Below, one piece after another: positions 8,334 through 20,405 of a stretch of DNA of 64,000 nucleotides. The notes below the pieces were generated by a model. That model saw nothing but the letters and a program-made list of their open reading frames with translations. It was not told the origin of the DNA and ran no database searches. The position numbers were made by a program, and so were the translations under genes. Location of the stretch: positions 4,703 to 68,702 of the forward strand of contig JBBIUN010000017.1 of assembly GCA_037440225.1 (NCBI GenBank). The letters are read 5' to 3'. Every line of letters starts with the position of its first letter. The first letter of the stretch is position 1. Origin of the DNA: Gemmatimonadota bacterium. Its GTDB lineage: Bacteria > Gemmatimonadota > Gemmatimonadetes > Gemmatimonadales > GWC2-71-9.

Positions 8334-11300
8334 GTGTCGCTCCTGGTTCTGGCATGGCTGGCCGCCACCCCCGCCACCCCCGCCACCCCCGCGAGGTCCG
8401 CGAGCGCGTGGGGTGCTCCCTCCGCCGTGGCGGACACCTCCCTCCTGGCCGGCAGCGCCGAGGCGGCTGCGCGGCGCTGGGCGGAGGAGATCCGGGCCTG
8501 GATCCAGGCCCGCCGTCGCCAGCGCTGGACCCTGGCCGGCGGCCAGGCCGATCGCCCGAGCCCTCCGGCCGGCAACCCCGCCGGCCAGCAGCAGGCGGGA
8601 TTGGCCGAGCTGGGCATCCAGTTCCGCGGCCGCTTCGAACTCAAGCTCGACCGCCTGCGCAACCAGCGTTGCAGCGCGGCGGACATCGGCAACCCCGTAA
8701 CCGGCTGCGCGCCCGGCTTCCCCACCCCGTTCCTGGACCAGCAGTTCAGCCTCCGCGCCGGCGGCGTGGTGAGCCAGCGCATCCACCTCGACCTGGACTA
8801 CGACAGCCAGCGCGAGTTCAGCGCCAACAACGACCTGCGCGTCTGGTACCAGGGAGCAGAAGGAGACTTCCTCCAGCGGGTGGCGATCGGCAACGTCACT
8901 CTCCAGGCGCCGGCCTCCCGGTTCATCACCGCCGGAATTCCGGCCAATTCGTTCGGCGTAGAGGCCCAAGCCCGGATGGGCAACCTGGAACTCACCACGG
9001 TGGTGGCCCAACAGCGGGGCTCCGCCTTGCGCACCAGGGTGTTCACCCTGGGCGACCGGGTCAGCCAGCCTGTCGCCTTCGAGCTGAGGGACCTCGACTT
9101 CGAACCCGGCCGGTTTTTCTTCGTGATCGATCCCCGGGCGATCCCGGGTTATCCCAACCTCGACGTCCTGAACCTAGCGGCTGTGCCGCTGGCGCCTGCA
9201 CGTACGCCCGTCGCCGTTCGGGTGTACCGGCTCCGGGCCTTGGGCGGGACCGCAGGCGCGAATCCTAACTTGGGAGGCATCAATGCCGTGGCCCTCCGGC
9301 GCGACAGTCCACAACGCGTGGGCCCGCTCCCCTGGGAACTGCTCATCGAGGGCCGGGACTACTACCTCGACCCTTCCGGCCTCTGGTTCGCCCTGGCGGC
9401 GCGCGTCGGCACCGAGGATTTCCTGGCCGTCTCCTACGTGACCGCTGCGGGAGATACCATCGGCACGTTTCCCGATGCCGGCCGCGGTCGGGCCGACACC
9501 CTGGAATTGATCTACGAGCCGCGCCGCGGACCCGAGGTGCCGACCTTCGCCTACGAGATGCGCAACGTCTATCGCCTAGGCGGGCCCGAGATCGACCGCG
9601 CCTCGTTAGATCTGACCATCGTGCTCAACCAATCGGAACGCCCCCTCGGAGCCGGGGCCACCTACCTCGACGCCTTGGGACTCGCCGCCTCGGGCAACCC
9701 GTCGGCCCTGGACCACTACAACCGGGTCTTCCCGCGCGAGCGCGACCCCAACGGCGGCGCTCCGGTACGCGATCTGTTCCTGGTGTTCCCTCATCTTGAG
9801 CCCTTTGCCGATTCCCTGCGCCTCACCGCCGCCGAGCGCAACGACTCGCTCTACCGCACCCCCGTGTACCTGATCCAGTCCCAGGGACCCGCACCGCGCT
9901 TTCGGCTCCGGCTGCGCTACGAGACCACAGGCGGCGGTGACCGCACCGCGCTCAATCTGGGCGCCCTCCAGGTGCGCGAGGGGAGCGAGCGGATCTTCCT
10001 CGGCGACCGGCAACTGGTCCGGGGGCGGGACTACGAGATGTTTTACGACGTGGGCCAGGTGACGTTCCTCAACCCGCAAGCACTGGCGGTCGAACCCGGT
10101 ACCCAGGTGCGGGTCCAGTTCGAAGAGAACCAGATCTTTGACGTGGCCCCCAAGACCATCGCCGGCCTCGCGGGCACCTACCGGCTCGGCGCCGCGGGAT
10201 ATCTCAACGCCCTGGGACTCTTCCAGCAAGAGCAAAGCGTCTTCACCCGGCCCCAGTTGGGCTTCGAACCCCGCACCCACTTGATCGGCGGGCTCAGCGG
10301 GGACCTGGGCTTCGAGTCCGCCGGCCTCAGCCGGGCCCTGGATCGCCTGCCTTTGCTCCGCGCCAGCGGCCCCTCCTCGCTCCGGGTGAGCGGCGAGGTG
10401 GCGCTCTCCCAACCGAATGCCAACCAAGCCGGCACCGCCTACGTCGAAGAGTTCGAAGGAGCGAGCGGCAGCCGCGCGATCTCCTTGAACGAGCAAGCCT
10501 TCCAATGGGGAAGCCGCCCCTCCTCCGGGCGGGGCCTGCCGGCCAGCCTCCTGGCACCGGACGGAAGCTTCGACCCCAAGAACGCGGTCCCGTTGGTCTG
10601 GCAGAACGGGGTGGAAATCGGTGGCCGGCCGCTCGAGTTCGAGCCGCGGGACATTGACTCGAGCATCGCCTTGACCGGCACCGCCCGCCAGCTCGAACGG
10701 GTCTTGTGGCTCTCGCTCAAGCCCGACACCGTGGGTGGAGCCCCTCATCCGCTTACCGGTCAACCCCGCTGGCTCCGCCCTCACCGGCCGGGCCCGCGCT
10801 GGCGCTCCATCACCCAGGCTCTCGATCGCGCCGGCCTGGGAGTGGACCTCTCCGCGGTGGAATTCTTGGAGTTCTGGGTGCTGGAAGACGAGGCCCGAAC
10901 GGCCGCGGCGAGCGGTACTACCCTGGTGCTGGACTTCGGCACCGTGTTCGAGGACGCCGTCGCTCCTGCCCCGGACTCCTTCCGCGTGGTGGGCGCGGAC
11001 ACCGTCTTCACCGGCCTGCAATTCGTGGGGCAGGGACGGCTGGATACCGAAAAAGACTCCCTCACCAACGTCTTCAACGCCTCCGCCAACGACCTGGGCA
11101 TCCTCGGCGACCGCCCGGACTCCTTGACCGAGGCCGGCACCGGCCGCGTGGTCCGTTCGCTGCCCCTGTGCCACGGCACGCTCGCCACCACCCTCCCCAT
11201 CTTCCCGCTCGGTGACCTGGCGGCTCGCTGCACCAGGGGCAACGGCCTCTTGGACACCGAAGACTTGAACGGCGACAACCGCCTGGACCTCACGGTAGGC

Positions 11301-14300
11301 GGTCTCGCCGAAGACGCAATCCGCTACGTCTTCCCGATCGGCAATAGCCGGTACTTCGTTCGGCAAGGGGGCAGCACCACGGACGCCACCGGCCGCCGCT
11401 TCACCTGGCGGCTCTATCGCGTGCCCTTCCGCCGGGATTCCCTGCTCCTGGGCCGGCCCGATTTGCGCCACGTCCGAGCCCTCCGCCTTACGGTGGTGGC
11501 GCCCGAACAGAGCGGCCCGGCCACCGATGTGGTGTTCGCGCTGGCTCGCATGCGTCTGGTAGGCGCGCCATGGCTCAAACGCGCCGCCACCCCCTTGGCG
11601 GGTCTCGCCGGAAGCGAAGCCCAGCCCCACGGCGAAGTCACCGCATCCACCGTCAGCACCGACAACCAAGAGCTGGGTTACACCCCGCCGCCGGGCGTGC
11701 TGGACCAAGCCGACCGCCGCGGTGCAGCCCTGCAATTCACCACGCAGCAGATCAATGAGCACGCCTTGCGGCTCGTGGCCCGCGACCTGCGCTTGGGGGA
11801 GCGCGCCGAGGCGTTTACCCGCTTCGTGCTGGAAGGCGATCGCAGCTTCCTCAAGTACCGCCAGCTCAGAGTGTGGGCCCAGGGGCGCGGGGCGGGCTGG
11901 GACAGCGGGGACCTCGAGTTCTTCGTCAAGGCCGGCACCGACGAGCACAATTTCTACCTCTATCGCACCCGCCGCGCCGCCGGTACCTGGGAGCCGGAAA
12001 TCGTGGTGGACCTGGCTCGCTGGATCGCCCTGCGCGGCCAGATCGAAGCGCGGTGGTTGGCTGGAGAGCCGCCCGCCGGCGCCGCCCAGTGCGGCGGCGA
12101 CTCCACCGCCTACGTGGCGTGCGACGGCCCCTACCTGGTCCAGGTCCGTGACCCCGCCGTAGCCCCCCCGAACCTGGCTCGCGTCTCGGAAGTGGCCGCC
12201 GGTATCTATCGCGCCGCCGCCAACACCCCGGCGGACCCCGTCGAGGTATGGGTGGATGACATCCGCCTGGGCGACGTGGTCAATCGTGCAGGCTTGGCCG
12301 CTGCGCTGGACGCCCGCTTCACCGCCGCCGACGTGGCCGAAGTGGCCCTGAGCTTCTCCCGGCGGGACGACCAGTTCCGCCAGCTCGAAGAGGACCCGCG
12401 CTACGTGACCGACGCCAACGCCCGGCTCGCCGGCACCCTACGCCTGGAAAAATTCCTGCCTCCCGCGTGGGGGGTCGCCCTGCCCCTCCGCGTGACTCAC
12501 CAACGCGCCGCGGCCGAGCCCTTCTACCTGCTCGAGACGGATGTGCCCGCAGGCGCGGTTCGAGACCTCAGGCGGCCCCGCAACACGTCAACCACCCTAG
12601 AGTTCAGTTTCCGGCGCACCGGCCGCGGCGGCGGGCTCCTCCCGAGCCTGCTCCTCGATCCGCTGGCGATCTCCGGATTCCTGCGCCACGGCGATGCCCG
12701 AGCCGAACGCTGGAGCACCAGCACCCGCGACCGCCGGCTGCGAGCGGACTATTCCTATGCGCCGGCTCCCGTGGCCATCAACGCGGCCCCCGCGTTCTTG
12801 CTGCGGCTCCTCGACGGCCTGCCGGGCTGGCTCCGCGAGAGCGAATTCGCCCGCTCCCTGAGAAACGCGCGCCTTAGGCTCAATCCCGCGCAGATCCGGC
12901 TCCAGTCCAGCCTGGTGGATGACGACACGCGGCGATTCACCTTCCGCCTCCCGGTGAGCCTTGCCGCCGACAGCCTGGTCCATCCCTCGCCCAGCCTGTT
13001 CCACCGCTGGACCAACCAGGCTGGGTTGGAACTGAAGCCCTTCGAGACCCTGAGCCTGAGCGCCGCCTGGAGCAGCATGCGCGACCTCCAAGATTACGGG
13101 GACACCAGCACCGTGGCCCGCTTGCTCCGGGGCGACCGGGCGAGGCTCCTGGGTCGCGACGTGGGGTTCGAACGCCAGCGCTCGCTGAACACCAGCCTCG
13201 ACTTGGCACCAAGGCTGAGTTCCTGGCTCAAACCCCGCCTGGCCTTGAGCACCGGCTTCAGCCTGGTGCGCGATCCGAGCCAGCGCAGGGCGGTGGTCAC
13301 CGCGACCGATTCCGCCGTCCCCCTGGCTGCCGCTAACGTCTGGCGCCGGCAACTGGGCGCCGGATTGGACTTGGCCCGCCTGGCGCGGGGCGGGCTGCTG
13401 GGCGGACTCATCGGCGCCCTGCTGCCGGCCGACATCTCCGTCACCACCGAAAGGCGGTCCAACTTCGATCGGCTGGCTGCCGGGCCGGCAGTGCGGTACC
13501 AGTTGGCCCTGGGGCCGTTCGAGGCATTCCGCCAGCAGGACAGCACCCTCGCCGCCACGGCTGCTCACACCCAAACCGTGGCGGCGGCCGGCGGCGCGCG
13601 CTTGCCCCTGGGCCTGAGCATCCGCGCCTCCTATCGCGAGAGCGACGCGACCACCTGGGTGCGGCAGGGCGAAGCCCAGGTCCCCTTGCTGCAGCACAGC
13701 CGGGAATGGCCCTCGGGTTCCTTCTCGTGGAACGTCCGCCCCACGGGCGCACTGGGCCGTGCCATCGCCCGCCTGGAGGCCCAAGCCCAATACCGCGCCA
13801 GCCGGACCACCCTCGAACAGGGCCTGGCTGCGGGATCCGGGCTGCCGGCCGTCACCGACAGCCGCCTGCGTTTCTTCGCGCCATCGGTGGCCGTGACCTT
13901 GAGCGGCGGAGTGACGACGGGTGCCCAGTACAGTTACAGCGTGAGCGATCTCACCGCCGCCGGGAACACCACCCGCAACGAGCGTGCCGAAGCGGCGGGG
14001 AACCTGCGCTTTGCTTTTCACGCCCCGCGCTCGCTGGTACGCCTGCCGGCTCCCATCCGCGCCACGATTTCGGCTTCGACTTCGGACGCCAGGGCGTGCC
14101 TGCGCCCCGCAGGGGAACCGCTCTGCCTCCCGGTGGCGGACAGCCGGCGGCGCCAGGCAGACGTCAGGCTGGATACCGGTGTCGCAGCCGCGGTCGTGGC
14201 CGGGGCGAGTTTCAGCTACATTCTGACCGACCAAAGACACCTCTCGAGCCGCTTCGAGCAGTACGTGTTCACGGTGTTTGCGGAGATCAACTTCCTGGCG

Positions 14301-14315
14301 GGACGGGCTCCATGA
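8334..14315 (+). CDS. Giant (1993 aa) SprA-like outer-membrane protein (T9SS translocon family, tentative)
   Basis: The segment FLQRVAIGNVTLQAPASRFITAGIPANSFGVEAQARMGNLELTTVVAQQRGS resembles, from memory, the conserved SprA N-terminal motif (GNVS…L..G.Q.LFG…L.FG.L..T.V.S.Q.S). The rest is long beta-rich sequence, and the C-terminal …FAEINFLAGRAP is OMP-like. The exact start is uncertain (first GTG at 8334). Confidence 0.55.
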   Translation: MSLLVLAWLAATPATPATPARSASAWGAPSAVADTSLLAGSAEAAARRWAEEIRAWIQARRRQRWTLAGGQADRPSPPAGNPAGQQQAGLAELGIQFRGRFELKLDRLRNQRCSAADIGNPVTGCAPGFPTPFLDQQFSLRAGGVVSQRIHLDLDYDSQREFSANNDLRVWYQGAEGDFLQRVAIGNVTLQAPASRFITAGIPANSFGVEAQARMGNLELTTVVAQQRGSALRTRVFTLGDRVSQPVAFELRDLDFEPGRFFFVIDPRAIPGYPNLDVLNLAAVPLAPARTPVAVRVYRLRALGGTAGANPNLGGINAVALRRDSPQRVGPLPWELLIEGRDYYLDPSGLWFALAARVGTEDFLAVSYVTAAGDTIGTFPDAGRGRADTLELIYEPRRGPEVPTFAYEMRNVYRLGGPEIDRASLDLTIVLNQSERPLGAGATYLDALGLAASGNPSALDHYNRVFPRERDPNGGAPVRDLFLVFPHLEPFADSLRLTAAERNDSLYRTPVYLIQSQGPAPRFRLRLRYETTGGGDRTALNLGALQVREGSERIFLGDRQLVRGRDYEMFYDVGQVTFLNPQALAVEPGTQVRVQFEENQIFDVAPKTIAGLAGTYRLGAAGYLNALGLFQQEQSVFTRPQLGFEPRTHLIGGLSGDLGFESAGLSRALDRLPLLRASGPSSLRVSGEVALSQPNANQAGTAYVEEFEGASGSRAISLNEQAFQWGSRPSSGRGLPASLLAPDGSFDPKNAVPLVWQNGVEIGGRPLEFEPRDIDSSIALTGTARQLERVLWLSLKPDTVGGAPHPLTGQPRWLRPHRPGPRWRSITQALDRAGLGVDLSAVEFLEFWVLEDEARTAAASGTTLVLDFGTVFEDAVAPAPDSFRVVGADTVFTGLQFVGQGRLDTEKDSLTNVFNASANDLGILGDRPDSLTEAGTGRVVRSLPLCHGTLATTLPIFPLGDLAARCTRGNGLLDTEDLNGDNRLDLTVGGLAEDAIRYVFPIGNSRYFVRQGGSTTDATGRRFTWRLYRVPFRRDSLLLGRPDLRHVRALRLTVVAPEQSGPATDVVFALARMRLVGAPWLKRAATPLAGLAGSEAQPHGEVTASTVSTDNQELGYTPPPGVLDQADRRGAALQFTTQQINEHALRLVARDLRLGERAEAFTRFVLEGDRSFLKYRQLRVWAQGRGAGWDSGDLEFFVKAGTDEHNFYLYRTRRAAGTWEPEIVVDLARWIALRGQIEARWLAGEPPAGAAQCGGDSTAYVACDGPYLVQVRDPAVAPPNLARVSEVAAGIYRAAANTPADPVEVWVDDIRLGDVVNRAGLAAALDARFTAADVAEVALSFSRRDDQFRQLEEDPRYVTDANARLAGTLRLEKFLPPAWGVALPLRVTHQRAAAEPFYLLETDVPAGAVRDLRRPRNTSTTLEFSFRRTGRGGGLLPSLLLDPLAISGFLRHGDARAERWSTSTRDRRLRADYSYAPAPVAINAAPAFLLRLLDGLPGWLRESEFARSLRNARLRLNPAQIRLQSSLVDDDTRRFTFRLPVSLAADSLVHPSPSLFHRWTNQAGLELKPFETLSLSAAWSSMRDLQDYGDTSTVARLLRGDRARLLGRDVGFERQRSLNTSLDLAPRLSSWLKPRLALSTGFSLVRDPSQRRAVVTATDSAVPLAAANVWRRQLGAGLDLARLARGGLLGGLIGALLPADISVTTERRSNFDRLAAGPAVRYQLALGPFEAFRQQDSTLAATAAHTQTVAAAGGARLPLGLSIRASYRESDATTWVRQGEAQVPLLQHSREWPSGSFSWNVRPTGALGRAIARLEAQAQYRASRTTLEQGLAAGSGLPAVTDSRLRFFAPSVAVTLSGGVTTGAQYSYSVSDLTAAGNTTRNERAEAAGNLRFAFHAPRSLVRLPAPIRATISASTSDARACLRPAGEPLCLPVADSRRRQADVRLDTGVAAAVVAGASFSYILTDQRHLSSRFEQYVFTVFAEINFLAGRAP
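8364..8390 (+). repeat. Perfect 9-bp tandem repeat (gccaccccc x3)
   Basis: Read directly. It encodes (ATP)x3 in the 5' end of the SprA-like ORF, and lies 100-126 bp from the divergent lptF-like start. Confidence 0.9.
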
Positions 14316-15223
14316 GCAGGGAACGCACGGCCGGCATCCTGGTCCTCGCCGCACTGGGGTGCGGCGCCAGTTCCTGGTTTTCGCGCAAGGAATTCGATGG
14401 CGAGCAGGCCATGGCGTACGTGACCGCCCAGCTCGCCTTCGGTCCCCGGATTCCCAACACGGAAGGCCACCGGCGGGCCGGCGATTGGATCCTCGAGCAA
14501 CTGCGCGCCCGAGCCGACTCGGTCGAGGTCCAGGCGTTCAGCCACGTTACCGCGGCGGGCGACACGTTGCGGCTGCGGAACTTCATCGCCCACTTCCTGC
14601 CGAATCGCCCCGATCGGGTCTTGTTCCTCGCCCACTGGGACACGCGGCCTCGGGCCGATCGCAGTCCCAATCCTGCGGACCGGGAGCGGCCGGTGCCCGG
14701 CGCCAACGACGGGGCTTCCGGCGTCGCCGTGCTGTTGGGCCTGGCCGACGCGCTCAAGCGCCGACCCCCGGCGGTCGGGGTGGATTTGCTGTTCGTGGAC
14801 GGCGAGGACTATGGAGATTTCTCCACCATGACCGACGTGCTGCTGGGCTCGCGTCACTATGCCTCCACGCTCAGCCCGGATCGCCGCCCGCTCTTTGCCG
14901 TGCTGTTCGACATGGTGGGCGATCGAGACCTCCAGTTCCTTCAGGAGGGCTATTCCGTCGAGCGGGCTCCGGAGGTGGTCGAGCGGGTCTGGGCCAAGGC
15001 CCGGGAACTGGGGTACCAGGGTTACTTCCGCCCCACCGTGGGCGGCGGCATCACCGACGACCACATTCCCTTGCTGGATGCGGGCGTGCGGGCGATAGAC
15101 GTGATAGACCTGGACTACGGTCCCAGCAACAGCTACCACCACACGGTCGAGGACACCGAAGACAAACTCAGCGCCAAGAGCCTGCAAGTGGTTGGCGAGG
15201 TGGCCCTGGCGTTGGTCCGCTAG
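14312..15223 (+). CDS. M28-family zinc enzyme, glutaminyl-peptide cyclotransferase-like lipoprotein
   Basis: ATG 14312 overlaps the SprA-like stop (ATGA). Lipobox-like LAALGC. Motifs AHWDTRP, GANDGASGVAVLLGLA, FVDGEDYG, FDMVGD and DDHIPLLDAGVRAIDVID…YHHTVEDT are shared by M28 aminopeptidases and type II glutaminyl cyclases. Confidence 0.6.
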   Translation: MSRERTAGILVLAALGCGASSWFSRKEFDGEQAMAYVTAQLAFGPRIPNTEGHRRAGDWILEQLRARADSVEVQAFSHVTAAGDTLRLRNFIAHFLPNRPDRVLFLAHWDTRPRADRSPNPADRERPVPGANDGASGVAVLLGLADALKRRPPAVGVDLLFVDGEDYGDFSTMTDVLLGSRHYASTLSPDRRPLFAVLFDMVGDRDLQFLQEGYSVERAPEVVERVWAKARELGYQGYFRPTVGGGITDDHIPLLDAGVRAIDVIDLDYGPSNSYHHTVEDTEDKLSAKSLQVVGEVALALVR

Positions 15224-15414
15224 CCAGGGGGGGGCCCACCGCGGGCTTCGCCTCCGTCGCCTGGCGCAGGGATTGCAATCCGGCATTGATCCGCTAGCGA
15301 GGGGGTCGAACCCTGAGGGCAGGTGTCCGCCCGCAGGCCGGCGCGGCGCTCGTCTGTACCATCGCGCAATGGATTGATACCGCTGACCGGCCCTCGGCGC
15401 GGTAACGTGATCTC

Positions 15415-16116
15415 GTGCCCAGCTCCGATGATCGCCGGGCGGCCGCGCTGTTGTTGCTCCTGGCGGCCGCCGGGCTGGTGGTGCGTTTCTGGCAGGCGCC
15501 GGCGAATGCTCCGGGGGCGGTGGCCTATCGTGCGCCCGCCGCCCGGCCCGAGCAGGATTCGGTGGCCGCGCGGGCCCAGCGCCTGGCTCGCCCCCTGGCC
15601 AGCGGCGAACGCGTTGATCTCGATCGGGCGCCCGCCGAGGAGCTGGCTCGACTGCCTCACATTGGGCCGGCGCTGGCAGCCCGGATCGTGCAGGATCGCG
15701 AGGAACACGGGCCCTTCGGCTCTCTGGAGGCGCTGGATCGGGTGCCGGGTGTAGGACCCACCGTCCTGCGCGCGGTCCGCCCCCACGCCGCGTTTTCAGG
15801 TTCGCGCCAAGGACCGGTGGTTCCGGCCTCGCCCGAAGGCGGCTCTCCTCTGATCGGGCCCCCGGCGCCGCCGGCCGGCAAGAGGGAACTAGGGGGTGTC
15901 TCGCAGCGAGGGCTCCGCCGGGGTCTCGATCTCAACACCGCTTCGCAGGCGGAACTCGAAGCGCTGCCCGGCATCGGACCGGCGCTGGCGAAAGCCATCC
16001 TGGCGGAGCGCGCGGCCGGAGGGCCGTTCCGTTCGCTCGAGGATCTTGGGCGTCGGGTCCGGGGCATCGGCCCCCGCATGCTGGAGGCGTTGCGGGGCCG
16101 TGTCGCGGCGCCTTGA
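15415..16116 (+). CDS. comEA: ComEA-like DNA-binding protein with two helix-hairpin-helix modules and an N-terminal membrane anchor
   Basis: Anchor AAALLLLLAAAGLVV. Two copies of the D(L)xxAxxxEL..LP.IGPALA..I…GPF.SLE.L…V.G.GP..L module. Confidence 0.7.
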   Translation: MPSSDDRRAAALLLLLAAAGLVVRFWQAPANAPGAVAYRAPAARPEQDSVAARAQRLARPLASGERVDLDRAPAEELARLPHIGPALAARIVQDREEHGPFGSLEALDRVPGVGPTVLRAVRPHAAFSGSRQGPVVPASPEGGSPLIGPPAPPAGKRELGGVSQRGLRRGLDLNTASQAELEALPGIGPALAKAILAERAAGGPFRSLEDLGRRVRGIGPRMLEALRGRVAAP

Positions 16117-16177
16117 CACCATGGAGGGCTCCGGTACTTTCCCATTTGAGTAGCCATTCCACCCTGCCAGGACCTCT

Positions 16178-17884
<1,707 letters not shown>

Positions 17885-17888
17885 CGGC

Positions 17889-19070
<1,182 letters not shown>

Positions 19071-19085
19071 CCTCGGGGGAACCTC

Positions 19086-20276
19086 ATGCCCGTCTTCGAG
19101 TACACTGCCCGAACCCCTAGCGGCCAGGAACAAACCGGCACCATTGACCTGCCGTCCCGCGATGACGTTCTGGCCCACCTGCGCAAGAACCGCCTCATCC
19201 TGGTTCGGCTGCGCGAAGCCAAGAAAACCAAACGGCGCGGCCGGGTGCCCACCCGCGACATCGTGATCTTCACCCGGCAGTTCGCCACCATGATCAACTC
19301 CGGCCTGCCTCTGGTGCAGGCCCTGGACATCCTCGCCAAGCAAACCGAGAACAAGACCCTCTCGGAAGTCACCCGCGAGGTGGTCTACGACGTCGAAAGC
19401 GGCCACACCCTGGCCGATGCCCTGGCCAAGCACCCCAACGCCTTCACCGAGCTGTACAAGAACATGGTCTCGGCGGGCGAGGCGGGCGGCATCCTGGACA
19501 CCATCCTGCTCAGACTGGCCACCTTCCTCGAAAAGAACGACGCCATCGTCCGCAAGGTGAAGGGGGCCATGATCTACCCGGCCGTGATTTTCTCGGTGGC
19601 AGCCATCGCGGTCGTGGTGCTCCTCATCTTCGTAATCCCCACCTTCCAGAACATGTTCGCCTCGGTGAACCTGGAGCTGCCGCTGCCCACCCGCATCGTG
19701 ATCCTGATGAGCCAGATCCTCCAGCACTACTGGTGGGCCATGGGCGGCGCCATCGCGGGAGCGGTGTGGGCCATCCGGCGCTGGTACCGCACCCCCCAGG
19801 GCCAACTGAAACTGGACCAGCTCATGCTCAAGTTCCCGGTACTGGGTGACCTGCTCCGCAAGTCCGCCGTCTCCCGGTTCACCCGAACCCTGGGCACCTT
19901 GATTTCCTCCGGCGTCTCCATCCTCGACGGCCTGGAGATCACTGCCAAGACCGCAGGCAACCGGGTCATCCACGACGCCGTCATGGGCTCCCGAGCCTCC
20001 ATCGCCGGCGGCGAGACCATCTCCGCCCCGCTGGAGAAATCGGGCGTCTTTCCGCCCATGGTCACGTCCATGATCGCGGTAGGCGAGGCCACCGGCGGTT
20101 TGGACGAAATGCTCACCAAGATCGCCGACTTCTACGACGACGAGGTGGACGCCGCCGTGAGCGCCCTGCTGTCCCTCATGGAACCGGTCATGATCGTGGT
20201 CCTGGGCGTCATCGTGGGCGGCATGATCGTAGCGATGTACCTGCCCATCTTCAGCATGATCAACGCGGTGCAGTAA
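19086..20276 (+). CDS. pilC: Type IV pilus platform protein PilC (GspF family)
   Basis: 396 aa. Two GspF repeats (FTRQFATMINSGLPLVQAL… and FTRTLGTLISSGVSILDGL…) and 3 TM segments. Confidence 0.9.
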   Translation: MPVFEYTARTPSGQEQTGTIDLPSRDDVLAHLRKNRLILVRLREAKKTKRRGRVPTRDIVIFTRQFATMINSGLPLVQALDILAKQTENKTLSEVTREVVYDVESGHTLADALAKHPNAFTELYKNMVSAGEAGGILDTILLRLATFLEKNDAIVRKVKGAMIYPAVIFSVAAIAVVVLLIFVIPTFQNMFASVNLELPLPTRIVILMSQILQHYWWAMGGAIAGAVWAIRRWYRTPQGQLKLDQLMLKFPVLGDLLRKSAVSRFTRTLGTLISSGVSILDGLEITAKTAGNRVIHDAVMGSRASIAGGETISAPLEKSGVFPPMVTSMIAVGEATGGLDEMLTKIADFYDDEVDAAVSALLSLMEPVMIVVLGVIVGGMIVAMYLPIFSMINAVQ

Positions 20277-20297
20277 ATCCCCGGCGCCCGTCTTCCC

Positions 20298-20329
20298 CGC
20301 CCGGCAAGGGCCCCGCGGCCCGCCGGGCG
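20298..20329 (+). terminator. GC-rich compound hairpin after pilC (possible terminator, no U-tract)
   Basis: Outer stem cgcccggc(20298-305)/gccgggcg(20322-329). Inner stem gggcc/ggccc with a ccgc loop. No T-run follows. Confidence 0.35.
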
Positions 20330-20405
20330 AGGTTCGGGCGAACGCCCTCTCGCCCGCGCCGACCCCGAACGGTAAATCCCTCCCCGCAACAATCCGGAGG
20401 CCCCA

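Noticed and set aside
6756-9011. N-terminal extensions of track ORFs (751-aa lptF-like, 408-aa lptG-like, 393-aa PRTase, 505-aa M28, 588-aa GT2, 815-aa and 660-aa GT-C, 475-aa kinase, 368-aa yceI-like).
   Set aside because: The family-typical N-termini begin at internal start codons, often overlapping the upstream stop. The upstream parts overlap neighbouring genes or are low-complexity, so I trimmed the starts.
15296-15325. tRNA T-loop-like motif (minus strand GGGTTCGACCCC) in the M28-comEA spacer.
   Set aside because: No acceptor, D or anticodon arms could be folded around it. On the plus strand it is just a short ggg-tcgaa-ccc hairpin.
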